Part shown: in pieces, positions 1 through 9,857 of the stretch
Layout of the letters: each line of letters begins with the position of its first letter
Numbering within the stretch: the first letter of the stretch is position 1
Assembly: GCA_964610335.1 (NCBI GenBank)
Contig: CAZSVP010000001.1
Coordinates: 351,442-415,441 of the forward strand
DNA: 64,000 nucleotides
Direction of reading: 5' to 3'
Origin: an uncultured Candidatus Saccharibacteria bacterium
Lineage (GTDB): Bacteria; Patescibacteriota; Saccharimonadia; CAILAD01; BJGX01
Program-made: the position numbers and the translations under genes
The notes under the pieces: generated by a model
Seen by the model: only the letters and a program-made list of their open reading frames with translations
What the model was told of the DNA's origin: nothing
Databases searched by the model: none

Positions 1-78
1 CAAGCTAATCTATTCTCTGAAAGTAAGTTTAAAGATGCTTTGGCCCGAGCGATAGACAGTTGTTATGACAACGCCTAA
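1..78 (+). CDS. 3' end of an upstream CDS (partial), possibly a glycosyltransferase C-terminus
   Basis: Frame 1 is open: QANLFSESKFKDALARAIDSCYDNA*. It overlaps the start of the next gene. Confidence 0.3.
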   Translation, partial: QANLFSESKFKDALARAIDSCYDNA

Positions 79-1489
79 CCCCAGTCGGCTTTATTGGAGC
101 GTATTGATAGGTATTGGGTTGCTGATGGTCTTGGTATTAAGCCGCTTAGTCGTAATGAAGTTGCAAAATCTTAATAACAAGAACAATAGCAATAGTGTTC
201 TGAGCAATCTGGCTCAAGTAATTGGGCAAGAAGATCGGCATATCCTGGTAGTTTTTCTTAACAACAATGAGATTCGCTATGGGGGAGGTTTTGTCGGTTC
301 GCTCGGATATATTAGTGTAAAGTCGGGTAAGGTTGATATCCAACCAATTAAGAACGTTTATTACTATGATCGTCTTGCCAAACCACTCGACCAAAATTTA
401 GCGGAACTAGCGCCTCTGGGTAGTCAAGGAGTTTATATGAGAGATGCAGCCTACTCACTAGCATGGAGTGAGAATGCATTAAGGCTTTCATCGATGTTTA
501 CTCAAGCCACTGGTCAGCCTGTCGATACCGTTATAGCCATCACCCCTGATTTAATCAAAGAGCTAATTGCTCAAACTGGCCCAATTCGGCTTGATGATGC
601 CAATAAAGAGGTTACCGCACAAAACTTTTTTGAAGTCGTCCAACAGGAAGTTGAATCTGGTGAAGTAGCCAAGTCTGGTAAGGACTCCAAAGGAACAATC
701 TTTGCTGAAATAGCCAATAAACTCGTTTCTAGAATACAGACTATGCATCCTAACCAGTTGGCAAATTTTGAAAAGCTGTTTGCAAATGTGATAGAAAAGA
801 AACAATTTGCGCTGTTTAGTACAGATCAAAATCTACAGCAATTTGCAAAAGACAATCGCTTGGATCAACCGCAGAAGTGTATAGAAGTTGACTGCATACT
901 GCTAGCTGAAGCCAACGGTGGTGCCGACAAAAGCAGTAACTACTTGAGTAATGACGTTCATAAGAAGGTAGATGTACAAGATAATGGTGATGTAATTAAT
1001 ACTATAACTATTCATCGTAAACACACTGCCAAAGAGTTCTTGTTTCCCTATATTGAAGCTAAGGGCGGATTACAGAATTGGTTAGTTAAGCGCAACATTA
1101 CAAGACTAAAAATAGGAGTACCTAAAGGTAGCAAGTTGATTAGTTCGAAAGGCGGTGAGGGGGATGTTCAACAGCAGGATGATGGAGATCTCACAACATA
1201 TTCAGTTTGGAAGACACTTGACCCTGGCCAAGAGGCAGATATATATATTCAATATCAACTACCAAATAAGCTGCCATTGGGGGAGCAGGTGGTATATACA
1301 GAGAGTGTATTAAAGCAATTCGGATCACAGCCGTATACTCTTCAGACAGAGGTAAAACTTCCTCAAGCCTTTAAACTAACTTTAACGAACAATAAAAGTA
1401 TTCTTATGACAGATGATGGTGTTGTAATCTGGAAAATTGATGTTGATAGTAATAATACACTACAATTGAGTTATGAAAAGTATCGCTGA
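65..1489 (+). CDS. DUF4012-like membrane-anchored extracellular protein
   Basis: N-terminal TM helix; FLNNNEIRYGGGFVGS resembles the DUF4012 NxxExRxxGGFxG signature; DKSSNY motif. Confidence 0.7.
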   Translation: MTTPNPSRLYWSVLIGIGLLMVLVLSRLVVMKLQNLNNKNNSNSVLSNLAQVIGQEDRHILVVFLNNNEIRYGGGFVGSLGYISVKSGKVDIQPIKNVYYYDRLAKPLDQNLAELAPLGSQGVYMRDAAYSLAWSENALRLSSMFTQATGQPVDTVIAITPDLIKELIAQTGPIRLDDANKEVTAQNFFEVVQQEVESGEVAKSGKDSKGTIFAEIANKLVSRIQTMHPNQLANFEKLFANVIEKKQFALFSTDQNLQQFAKDNRLDQPQKCIEVDCILLAEANGGADKSSNYLSNDVHKKVDVQDNGDVINTITIHRKHTAKEFLFPYIEAKGGLQNWLVKRNITRLKIGVPKGSKLISSKGGEGDVQQQDDGDLTTYSVWKTLDPGQEADIYIQYQLPNKLPLGEQVVYTESVLKQFGSQPYTLQTEVKLPQAFKLTLTNNKSILMTDDGVVIWKIDVDSNNTLQLSYEKYR

Positions 1490-2171
1490 GCCCCAGGTTG
1501 TTGTAGGTCTTTATGATGTTAGTAAGAAGTACGACGATGAAGCAGGTGTGTATGATGCCCTTAAAAACATTCACTTAGAAATAAAACAGGGTGAATTTGT
1601 GGCGATCATGGGACCATCTGGCTCTGGCAAGTCGACCCTTATGAATATAATTGGTTTACTCGACAATCCTACCAAGGGTGTATACTTGCTCGACGGGATA
1701 GATACTACTTGTATGAAAGAGCGCAAACTAGCCAAGTTTCGTCGCGATAAGATAGGATTTGTATTCCAAAACTTCAACTTGTTGCCACGTATGAATATAT
1801 TGCGTAATGTCGAATTACCTCTGATATACAAACGTGTTAGTACTAGAGCACGCCGGGAGCAAGCCAGGAGGGTACTGAATAAGGTTGGACTGGGTGAGAA
1901 ACTCAAGAATCGTACTAATCGCTTATCTGGTGGACAAGTCCAGCGTGCGGCAATAGCAAGAGCCTTAGTGAATAACCCAAGCTTATTGCTAGCCGATGAG
2001 CCAACAGGTAACCTTGATAGTAAAACAAGTGATGACATAATGCGCTTACTTCAGAAGTTGAATCAAAAAGGCATGACCATAGTGGTGGTAACCCATAGCC
2101 AAGAAATAGCAAGATACGCAAAGCGTACCATTCATATGCTAGATAGCGCTATAAAGGGGCAGAAATTATGA
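1473..2171 (+). CDS. ABC transporter ATP-binding protein (MacB/LolD family)
   Basis: Walker A GPSGSGKST, LSGGQ signature, LLADEPTGNLDS, VTH switch. Confidence 0.95.
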   Translation: MKSIAEPQVVVGLYDVSKKYDDEAGVYDALKNIHLEIKQGEFVAIMGPSGSGKSTLMNIIGLLDNPTKGVYLLDGIDTTCMKERKLAKFRRDKIGFVFQNFNLLPRMNILRNVELPLIYKRVSTRARREQARRVLNKVGLGEKLKNRTNRLSGGQVQRAAIARALVNNPSLLLADEPTGNLDSKTSDDIMRLLQKLNQKGMTIVVVTHSQEIARYAKRTIHMLDSAIKGQKL

Positions 2172-3418
2172 TCTGGCAGAATATCAAAAGTGCTTTGGGA
2201 AGTATTGTTGGTGCAAAGCTTAGATCAGTGCTTACAATGCTTGGAATAGTTATAGGAGTTTTTGCGGTACTGGTGATGATTGGTATTGGTGATGGTGTGA
2301 AAGCCGAAGTCGGAGGTCAAATCAACAGTCTTGGTAGCAACATACTAACCATAACACCTGGACAACTTGGTCAAAGTAGCAGTACCGCCCGCAACGGTCA
2401 GCAACAGCAGCAAAAAGGTGCCGGACCAAATTTTGGCAGCAGTTTTGGTAGTACCACTCTTAGCCAAAAAGATGTTAAGACAGCTGAGGAGACCCCAAAT
2501 GTATCAGAAACAGCACCATTTGGGATAATTTCGTCTGTAGTGACCCAGGCGAGTCTCAGTAGCAATACGGCTTATATCGTCAGTACGGAGCCAAGTTACT
2601 TTAGTATTAGGGATATTAAGCTTGAAAACGGGGGTATATTTAGCAGCGCCGATAACCAAGAGAAGAAGTATGTAGCTGTGATTGGAGCAGATACCAAACA
2701 AAACCTATTTGGAGATAGTGAAGCGGTGGGTAAAACCATCGGTATTCGAGGCAAGAACTTTACAGTAGTAGGAGTTACAAAGAAGTCTGAATCTGGGTTG
2801 AACCTTGGGGCTAGTTCAGACGATATAGTTTATATACCTTACCAAACTGGCGTAGATCTTACAGGTAGTGACCAGGTCTTCAGAATATTAATACAAGTTA
2901 ACGATGCCAAGAACATCGATAGTGTGAAAAGATCTTTGGAATCGAGTATCAAAGCCAATCACGGTGGTGCTCAGGACTTTAGCGTGCTGACCCAAGAGGA
3001 GCTACTTAGCACGTTCAACAGCATTCTGGACATTCTAAGCTCCTTTGTTGTAGCGATCGCTGCCATAAGCCTACTTGTGGGTGGTATTGGTATTATGAAT
3101 ATCATGCTCGTAACAGTCAGTGAACGAACCCGTGAGATAGGTATTCGCAAAGCTGTCGGTGCAACATTTTGGAACATACTTGGGCAATTTTTGACAGAGG
3201 CGGTGATAATATCTTTGATAGGTGGGCTAATTGGACTAGGTTTGGCTTACTTAGCCGGATTGTTGATTAAGAAGTTTGCCAACATTACACCTGTATACTC
3301 AGTGAAATCACTGGCGCTTGCTGTTGGCGTGTCATTGTTCGTGGGTATCGTGTTTGGTGTAGCTCCAGCCATCAAGGCCGCACGTAAACGACCTATACAG
3401 GCCCTCAAGGCACTGTAG
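2168..3418 (+). CDS. ABC transporter permease (MacB/FtsX family)
   Basis: RSVLTMLGIVIGV N-terminus; GGIGIMNIMLVTVSERTREIGIRKAVGA; ATGA overlap with the ATPase gene. Confidence 0.95.
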   Translation: MIWQNIKSALGSIVGAKLRSVLTMLGIVIGVFAVLVMIGIGDGVKAEVGGQINSLGSNILTITPGQLGQSSSTARNGQQQQQKGAGPNFGSSFGSTTLSQKDVKTAEETPNVSETAPFGIISSVVTQASLSSNTAYIVSTEPSYFSIRDIKLENGGIFSSADNQEKKYVAVIGADTKQNLFGDSEAVGKTIGIRGKNFTVVGVTKKSESGLNLGASSDDIVYIPYQTGVDLTGSDQVFRILIQVNDAKNIDSVKRSLESSIKANHGGAQDFSVLTQEELLSTFNSILDILSSFVVAIAAISLLVGGIGIMNIMLVTVSERTREIGIRKAVGATFWNILGQFLTEAVIISLIGGLIGLGLAYLAGLLIKKFANITPVYSVKSLALAVGVSLFVGIVFGVAPAIKAARKRPIQALKAL

Positions 3419-3447
3419 TTGACACTAGTTGTTAATCCGCTTATACT
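3419..3447 (+). promoter_or_regulatory. sigma70-type promoter
   Basis: TTGACA-17 bp-TATACT, near-perfect consensus. Confidence 0.75.
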
Positions 3448-3490
3448 TTCAAAGAATGTGTAACAAACCTGATCATATCACCAGGCATTA

Positions 3491-3514
3491 GCCGCCCACG
3501 AGGGCGGTTTTTTT
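3491..3514 (+). terminator. Intrinsic terminator or attenuator hairpin
   Basis: GCCGCCC-acga-GGGCGGT followed by a T run. Confidence 0.8.
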
Positions 3515-3548
3515 GTGCTCATTCAATTCGACCCTTGAAAGGAAAAAA

Positions 3549-3929
3549 ATGATTCTGATTGGTATACAGCTATGCGTTGTCTTTGATCAAAAACAACGTC
3601 AATTTACCCAAGTAGCTCCAGCTCTTGAAGCACAGTTTAGCCTTCAGTGTTTGCTGTGTGGTCACGTGCACCAGCTAGCCACTCCTACGGTTTACAAACT
3701 GAAAGAGGGCGAACGGCCACATGTCTATATCCACCCGATAGCGACAGTGGTGAAACAAACTCGAAGCTGCGACAACTGCGGCATGCTATCAACTCTTCCG
3801 AAGCTTGACGAAGAAAGACTGCAAAAGACTCTTGAGAAACATGTATCTCAAGAGTTTATAGATCGGCATAGTGCTGACCAGCCGCCATTCTTGGCACAAC
3901 GACTCTTGGAAAGGTCCAAGTTAATATAG
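3549..3929 (+). CDS. Hypothetical protein with two CxxC pairs (possible zinc ribbon)
   Basis: ATG at 3549 after AAAGGA; CLLCGH and CDNCG. Confidence 0.6.
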   Translation: MILIGIQLCVVFDQKQRQFTQVAPALEAQFSLQCLLCGHVHQLATPTVYKLKEGERPHVYIHPIATVVKQTRSCDNCGMLSTLPKLDEERLQKTLEKHVSQEFIDRHSADQPPFLAQRLLERSKLI

Positions 3930-3982
3930 CTCCCGAAGGGGGCAGAGCTTCTTCGGGAGCTCTGTAATTATCACTGACAAAC

Positions 3983-4010
3983 AAAAAAAGACCTATTGTA
4001 GGCCTTTTTT
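3983..4010. terminator. Bidirectional terminator between convergent genes
   Basis: A run-GACCT-loop-AGGCC-T run. Confidence 0.55.
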
Positions 4011-4025
4011 GTCTGAAGAAGAGCG

Positions 4026-4367
4026 CTATTTAGTAGCTTTGATTACTTCGGCAAAAGCTTCGGGGTAGCGTGCGGCTACTTCAGATAGCATCTTACGATT
4101 GAGAGTGATCTTGGACTTAGTAAGATCGTTCATGAGTACACTATAGCTAGTGCCATTAAGCTTGGCGGCTGCAGAAATACGTGTAATCCAAAGACTTCGG
4201 AAGTCACGTTTACGGTTGCGGCGATCGCGATATTGATAGGCGAGTGCCTTAGTAACAGCCTCATTGGCTTTGCGATAACTACTACGACGAGCCTTGCTAT
4301 AACCTTTGGCTAGTTTGAGGATCTTCTTATGTCGAGCTCTGGCTGTAACACCACGTTTAACACGCAT
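4026..4367 (-). CDS. rplT: 50S ribosomal protein L20
   Basis: MRVKRGV..., [27 protein letters not shown]. Confidence 0.98.
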   Translation of the reverse strand: MRVKRGVTARARHKKILKLAKGYSKARRSSYRKANEAVTKALAYQYRDRRNRKRDFRSLWITRISAAAKLNGTSYSVLMNDLTKSKITLNRKMLSEVAARYPEAFAEVIKATK

Positions 4368-4368
4368 C

Positions 4369-4566
4369 TTAGTTTGCTCCTACCATTTTCTTAGCTGTTT
4401 TGCCGTCAGTATGCGCCATGGCGTGTTCGAGGCTGTAGCCGCGCTTACGAGCAGGGGATTTGCCGCTCAGTTTGTGAGCACGTCCGGCACGCAAATGCAA
4501 AGCCTTGCCAGTGCTACTGACCTTGATGCGTTTGGACATGGTTTTATTGTTTTTCTGCTTTGGCAT
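4369..4566 (-). CDS. rpmI: 50S ribosomal protein L35
   Basis: MPKQK...[10 protein letters not shown]; lies between infC and rplT. Confidence 0.95.
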   Translation of the reverse strand: MPKQKNNKTMSKRIKVSSTGKALHLRAGRAHKLSGKSPARKRGYSLEHAMAHTDGKTAKKMVGAN

Positions 4567-5115
4567 CTAATCTTCCTTAGTTGTTGATGGTTCCACTATA
4601 GCTGCTTTAGCTGTTGATGCTACGACGATTGACATGTCACGTCCTGCCATAGATGGTTCTTGCTCGATTTGACTGATATCAGCCAATGGTTCGAGAAAAC
4701 GCATCAGAACAGGTGGTCCAAGCTCTTTACGGGCCATTTCTCGGCCTTTGAAGCGAGCTGTGATCTTGACCTTGTTGCCCGCTTCCAGAAACTTGCGGAC
4801 CTGACGTCTTTTGACATCCATATCGTGTTCACCGATTTTCAAACCCATGCGAACTTGCTTTACTTCGATACTCTTCTGGTTCTTGCGAGCCCGAGATTCT
4901 TGTTTGGCTTGTTCGTACTGGTACTTACCCCAGTCGATCATCTTGATCACTGGCGGCTTGGCATCGGGTGAAACCTCGGCTAGGTCGTATCCTTCGTCTT
5001 CTGCTTTGCGGCGAGCTGTTTGTATATCGACAATGCCGACTTGCTCACCATCCACTCCCAGTAGACGAACAGTGGGAGCTTTTATTTCATGATTGAGACG
5101 AAAACGTTTTTTTAT
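4567..5115 (-). CDS. infC: Translation initiation factor IF-3 (probable non-canonical ATA start)
   Basis: PPVIKMIDWGKYQYE, FKGRE. The frame extends upstream of GTG 5055 through RLNHEIKAPTVRL to an ATA at 5115 preceded by GGAG. Confidence 0.95.
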   Translation of the reverse strand: MKKRFRLNHEIKAPTVRLLGVDGEQVGIVDIQTARRKAEDEGYDLAEVSPDAKPPVIKMIDWGKYQYEQAKQESRARKNQKSIEVKQVRMGLKIGEHDMDVKRRQVRKFLEAGNKVKITARFKGREMARKELGPPVLMRFLEPLADISQIEQEPSMAGRDMSIVVASTAKAAIVEPSTTKED

Positions 5116-5184
5116 TGAGGTTTCTCCAAATTGCTGATGGCTATTGTAGCATGATCTGTTGAGACAATCAAGGGTATATGGGTG

Positions 5185-5961
5185 TTACTGGTGTAAATTC
5201 TGAGGTGCATCTTTGGGTGTTATAAGCCGAAGTTTAATCTGGCTTAACTGGATTGTAATGGGCAAGCTGTAGCGAAACCCAGATGGTGTTTCCAGGTCTA
5301 CATTTGGAGATTGTATAGTGGCGGTTTCTGCAGGAAGTCGGAATAATAACTTTGTCTCATTATTATCACGAAGTGGGAAAGGAAGGTTTAGTGGGTTCTT
5401 AGGTGTATTTTGTTCAATCGCTGTAGTTACAAATCCCTCAACCTCAAATTGGTGGGCGTTGGCAAACGGGTGACTGGGGTGATAAAGGGTAACTAGCTTC
5501 TGTATATCAGCCTGGACTTGGAGTTGTTTATCTAGACGTAGTTGAAGTAGCTGGGGTTTTCCATGTGGGCTTGTTAGCTCCAATCTAAATAGTACGTAGC
5601 TGTTGTTGACTTGCATCGGTTGATAGGGCATGATTTTTCGGGCCTTGATGGTATTGATGGCAATACCCAAGTTCAGAAGTTTTAGATCTTGGGCGATAGG
5701 TGAGTTAAAATCTGCTGGCACATAGCCAAAACCAAGACTTGTCTGATTACGGTAGTGCCAGAGAGCATTTTCAAAAAAGAAATCGCTGCCTATAAGAACT
5801 AGGGTATTGGTGTCGGCATCAAGTTTGGGGAAAGCCAGGTTGAGCTTCTTATCAGCAATGTCAAAACGTACTCCTTGCAAACCAGCTTTTTTACATCTAT
5901 CAAAGATCTCAGTTAGTTGGTTATTATCTGTCTTTCCAGACTGAACTAAATAGTAATACAT
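5185..5961 (-). CDS. Hypothetical protein, possibly a degenerate diacylglycerol-kinase-like fold
   Basis: LVLIGSD and LGFGYVP...IAQDL weakly echo the DAGK GGDG and LGxIP..N.A motifs. Confidence 0.45.
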   Translation of the reverse strand: MYYYLVQSGKTDNNQLTEIFDRCKKAGLQGVRFDIADKKLNLAFPKLDADTNTLVLIGSDFFFENALWHYRNQTSLGFGYVPADFNSPIAQDLKLLNLGIAINTIKARKIMPYQPMQVNNSYVLFRLELTSPHGKPQLLQLRLDKQLQVQADIQKLVTLYHPSHPFANAHQFEVEGFVTTAIEQNTPKNPLNLPFPLRDNNETKLLFRLPAETATIQSPNVDLETPSGFRYSLPITIQLSQIKLRLITPKDAPQNLHQ

Positions 5962-6342
5962 CTAGTTGTCAGTCCTGGTGGTAATTTTGGCGAGAACGAC
6001 GGAGTCCTTATTTATTTCTATACTACGGGCATCGGCACTACCACGTATTTCGCCGCCTCCTTCTACAACAATCTCAGATGCCGCATGTAGATCACCTTTA
6101 AACTTTCCGCTAACGCGAATAGCTCGACACTTTAGATCACCATTGGCTTGACCGTTGCTACCTAGTTTAATGTATCCCTTGGTTGTAACACTTCCGTGAT
6201 ATGATCCGTCAATAAATACATCACGATCTGTATTGAGGTTACCAGTGGCGGTTGCGCCACTTGCAATAACGATCTCATTGGCCGACAAATCTACAGGTGT
6301 TGGATGGCGCTTTTTCTTGAAGTTTGAAAAGATACTACTCAT
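5962..6342 (-). CDS. Bactofilin (polymer-forming cytoskeletal protein)
   Basis: Beta-helix repeats IDGSYHGSV, VSGKFKGDL, GEIRGS. Confidence 0.85.
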   Translation of the reverse strand: MSSIFSNFKKKRHPTPVDLSANEIVIASGATATGNLNTDRDVFIDGSYHGSVTTKGYIKLGSNGQANGDLKCRAIRVSGKFKGDLHAASEIVVEGGGEIRGSADARSIEINKDSVVLAKITTRTDN

Positions 6343-6793
6343 GGCTGTGAACAGCCTGTTCTATAGCTTGTTGCTCTTCTTGTGATAGGTTGTACTTGCT
6401 TTTCCCTTCGCTAATAGCTTTTGAGTATACTCTTGTAGTGCTGCGGCCATGTACACTTGATATCACCACACCATTGTCACTGTTGTCTAGTAGCGCTAGA
6501 CAAAAGCTTTGGTCGCCGCCAGTGTCACCGAACGGGTTAAAACGGATTAGCCCAACCTGTGAGATAGCTTGTTGTTGTTTTCGAATTAGCTTGGCACAAA
6601 AGTCGGCTAGCTCTTCGAGCTTATTTTGTGCATCATCTATTTGAGATATATATGACTTAATAAGTTCTTCTACGCTTTGAGCATCCGCACCTTTTAAGAA
6701 ACTGGCGTACTTGTGTTGTAACTGCCATAGCTGCCATTGGGTGAAACCAAGGCCTGCTACTAGAAGAATTAATACAATCACAATAACAATCAT
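6335..6793 (-). CDS. DUF4446-family protein
   Basis: TM helix + coiled coil + VGLIRFNPFGDTGGDQSFCLALLD...YSK...LSQEE. Confidence 0.85.
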   Translation of the reverse strand: MIVIVIVLILLVAGLGFTQWQLWQLQHKYASFLKGADAQSVEELIKSYISQIDDAQNKLEELADFCAKLIRKQQQAISQVGLIRFNPFGDTGGDQSFCLALLDNSDNGVVISSVHGRSTTRVYSKAISEGKSKYNLSQEEQQAIEQAVHSHE

Positions 6794-6883
6794 ACTGGCT
6801 ATTATAGGTTTGATTGTTTTAGATTGGCAACCACTACCAGATTCTGTTAGTATGATCGTAAAGTATTAATGAGGTAATCTACT

Positions 6884-7180
6884 ATGTCCAAAAAGAAATC
6901 ACGCCGTCAAAGAAAAATGACCACAGGCGCCAGTAGCTCTAATAAGAAGGTGACAACAGCAAAAAAGCCTAATGACAACGCTGAATTGGAGACAAGTACT
7001 ACCGCCGATGCCAAAGTGAGTCAGCAAGATCATGTAGGGTTGGCTTACATTCGTAGTGATATACGCAAAACTATCTTGTTATCTGGATTTATTATTGTTT
7101 TTTACACACTGATGTACTATCTACTACAAAGAACTAGTTTACTTCAAAAGGCTACGCAGCTACTAGGGCTTGGCTCTTAA
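6884..7180 (+). CDS. Hypothetical small membrane protein
   Basis: GAGG RBS; basic N-terminus, one TM helix. Confidence 0.6.
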   Translation: MSKKKSRRQRKMTTGASSSNKKVTTAKKPNDNAELETSTTADAKVSQQDHVGLAYIRSDIRKTILLSGFIIVFYTLMYYLLQRTSLLQKATQLLGLGS

Positions 7181-8681
7181 CAAAACGATACTGAAGAGCC
7201 TCGGCTAGGTGGTGGTGTTCGATTAATTGACTATTGTTATCCATGTCGGCTATTGTTCTGGACAGTTTGAGGGTGCGCATATACGATCTAGCACTTAAGT
7301 TAAGTGAATCAATAGCTGATTCGGCTAACGGCTCAGCAGCTTCACTAAGGATACAGTATTGTTTAATCTGCTGATTATTCATCTCGCTGTTAGTTAGAAT
7401 CTTTGTTCCACTAAAGCGTTTGGACTGAATACTGCGTGCTTTAATAACACGTCCACGAACCTGTTCAGAGCTTTCTGATTTAGTATTACTGGTGAGAAGG
7501 TGTTGTTTTTCAAGCCTAGCTACATTGACATGCAGGTCAATCCTATCCAGCAGCGGGCCAGACACTTTTTGCTGGTAGCGCTGAACTTGTGACATTGAGC
7601 AAGTACAATCCGTAAGATCATCTCCAAGGTAGCCACATGGGCATGGGTTTTGAGCAGCTACCATCAGGAATTGAGCAGGAAACTGCAAGCTAGCTTGAGC
7701 ACGAGCTATGCTAACGTAGCCTTCCTCAAGTGGTTGTCGCAATACTTCTAACACATGCCGCGGGAATTCAGGGAATTCGTCCATAAACAGCACGCCCCTG
7801 TGTGCTAAGCTGATCTCACCTGGTTTTGGCCATTGGCCGCCGCCAATCAATGCTATATCACTACTTGTATGATGTGGGGTACGAAATGGTCTAGAAGGAA
7901 CCAGCTGGTCAGGATTGGCACTAGCCAGACTGTGAATACGCGTAATCTCAATTTGCTCTTCATAGGTTGGAGGTGGCAAGATTCCAACCAGTGCCTTTGC
8001 AAGCATGGTTTTGCCTGCTCCGGGTGTACCAGAAAGTAAAATATTGTGATTGCCGCTAGCCGCAATCTCCAGCGCCCGTTTAGCATGTTGTTGCCCGTAT
8101 ATGTTTGACATGTCATATTGCTGATCTGTAATAGCGCTTATCGTAGTTTTCTCAACAACAGGCTCAATAATTACATCACCAACCAGGTGTTGAAACAGCT
8201 GTTTGAGATTATTGACGGGTATAACTTTCAGGCCGCGTACAAAACTGGCGATCCGGGCATCACCGCTCGCAAGGAAAAGTGTATCGATACCGGCCTGTTC
8301 GCAACCAATTGCTGTTGCAATGGCGCCACTGGTAGCACGAACTGAGCCATCTAGGCCTAGTTCACCAAAAAAAGCGGATTTGCGGCTTGGTTGTGGTATT
8401 TGACCTGAAGCGGCAAGAAGGCCTACTGCCATACCGAGATCAAAACCACTACTGTTCTTGGGAAGATCAGCAGGAGCGAGGTTGAGAGTAATGCGTCGCG
8501 GCGGCAGGGCCAATCCCGAATTTTTGAGACTAGATCGAATACGTTCTTTGGCCTCGTCGATAGCTTTGGAGCCCAACCCAACTATCACAAAGGCTGGTAG
8601 GCCATTGGATATATCAGATTGTATATCAATTAATTCGGCGTTCAAGCCGATGTGTATGAGTGATGTAGTGTGTGCAAGCAT
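7152..8681 (-). CDS. comM: YifB/ComM Mg-chelatase-like AAA+ ATPase
   Basis: ITLNLAPADLPK, GTPGAGKT, RTPHHTSS, PGEISLAHRGVLFMDE, NPCPCG, SGPLLDRID. Confidence 0.93.
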   Translation of the reverse strand: MLAHTTSLIHIGLNAELIDIQSDISNGLPAFVIVGLGSKAIDEAKERIRSSLKNSGLALPPRRITLNLAPADLPKNSSGFDLGMAVGLLAASGQIPQPSRKSAFFGELGLDGSVRATSGAIATAIGCEQAGIDTLFLASGDARIASFVRGLKVIPVNNLKQLFQHLVGDVIIEPVVEKTTISAITDQQYDMSNIYGQQHAKRALEIAASGNHNILLSGTPGAGKTMLAKALVGILPPPTYEEQIEITRIHSLASANPDQLVPSRPFRTPHHTSSDIALIGGGQWPKPGEISLAHRGVLFMDEFPEFPRHVLEVLRQPLEEGYVSIARAQASLQFPAQFLMVAAQNPCPCGYLGDDLTDCTCSMSQVQRYQQKVSGPLLDRIDLHVNVARLEKQHLLTSNTKSESSEQVRGRVIKARSIQSKRFSGTKILTNSEMNNQQIKQYCILSEAAEPLAESAIDSLNLSARSYMRTLKLSRTIADMDNNSQLIEHHHLAEALQYRFVKSQALVAA

Positions 8682-8767
8682 AAATTCCCCTTGTTATAAC
8701 AACAAGATAAACGAACAAAATAAGAACGTCAAGCACGAGAGTGAGTTAATTATTGTTGACGATTGGT

Positions 8768-9820
8768 CTAACTACGATACCACTCAGCGGCGCTCTCAGG
8801 TGGTACTGTATTGATAATCATATCTGTTGAAACCTCAAAGCCGCCCCATATACCAGTACGACCACATATTTTTAGAGCGAATCTATGATGCTCAGATATT
8901 CCTTCTTCCAGATAAAAATTGTAACTGAGATTGTGGTTACAAAGCTTGCTGATGGCGTGCTTGAGCATACCCGCGAGTTGTTCCAGCTCATCAGCATAGA
9001 ACTCAGTGATAGAGGAGGCGTTTCGCTTAGGTATGATCCAGAGCTCAAACGGCCAACGTGGTGCAAATGGACAAAAAGCTATGAATTTATCATTTTCTTC
9101 AACAATTCGTTTGTTGGCATTTTTCTCATAAGCAATAATATCTTCAAAAGGATCAGTTTTCTTTTGCGCAAAGTAGTCTTCAACCCGCTTTGACTCGGCC
9201 TGGATCTTCGGTGGCACCATAGGTAGAGCGAAGATTTGGCTATGAGCATGAGCTAGACTTGCTCCGGCGCTATATCCATCATTGTGGAAGCCTATGACGT
9301 ACTCAATGGCGTCTTGCTTGCCAAGACTCGCTATGCGGGCAGAAAAGGCCGTCAGCACTCGACTGAGCTGTTTGCGTGATAAACTTGCCAGGGTTTTGTT
9401 ACTAAGCGGAGTATCAATAATTATTTCTTGCATACCATACGCTTGCGGGTTCATAGGTGTAAGCGATGGATATTTGTTACCAACTACCTTTACCAGCCAA
9501 TTGTGGTGCTCATCTTCGATAGTATAAGTGGATGGCTGATCATCGAGCTTTGGTGATTGTACAGTCTCGGTTAGTCGTCGTTCTTCTGTTGTGGTATCAA
9601 ATGGTCGTTTTGATCTATTGGGAGAAATAATTACGTAGTATTCATGCAAGTAATCGCGGCGCAGTTCTGTTTCGATCCCTTCAAGATTGAGCTTGATCCC
9701 TTGGTGCTGTGGTGTAATACGCACAAAACAGACCTCTTCGGCAACATTTTTTTTGCCATGGCTAAGGTTTTGGTGCATGCGAGCAGCATGGACCGTATTG
9801 TTCATCTGCCGTCCAGTCAT
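8768..9820 (-). CDS. galT: Galactose-1-phosphate uridylyltransferase-like (HIT/GalT family)
   Basis: ELRRD, NKYP, GASLAHAHSQ (HxHxQ), FCPFAPRWPFE. Confidence 0.85.
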   Translation of the reverse strand: MTGRQMNNTVHAARMHQNLSHGKKNVAEEVCFVRITPQHQGIKLNLEGIETELRRDYLHEYYVIISPNRSKRPFDTTTEERRLTETVQSPKLDDQPSTYTIEDEHHNWLVKVVGNKYPSLTPMNPQAYGMQEIIIDTPLSNKTLASLSRKQLSRVLTAFSARIASLGKQDAIEYVIGFHNDGYSAGASLAHAHSQIFALPMVPPKIQAESKRVEDYFAQKKTDPFEDIIAYEKNANKRIVEENDKFIAFCPFAPRWPFELWIIPKRNASSITEFYADELEQLAGMLKHAISKLCNHNLSYNFYLEEGISEHHRFALKICGRTGIWGGFEVSTDMIINTVPPESAAEWYRS

Positions 9821-9857
9821 AGTACTTATGGTAGCATATTAGTTCGAAAAAATCGTC

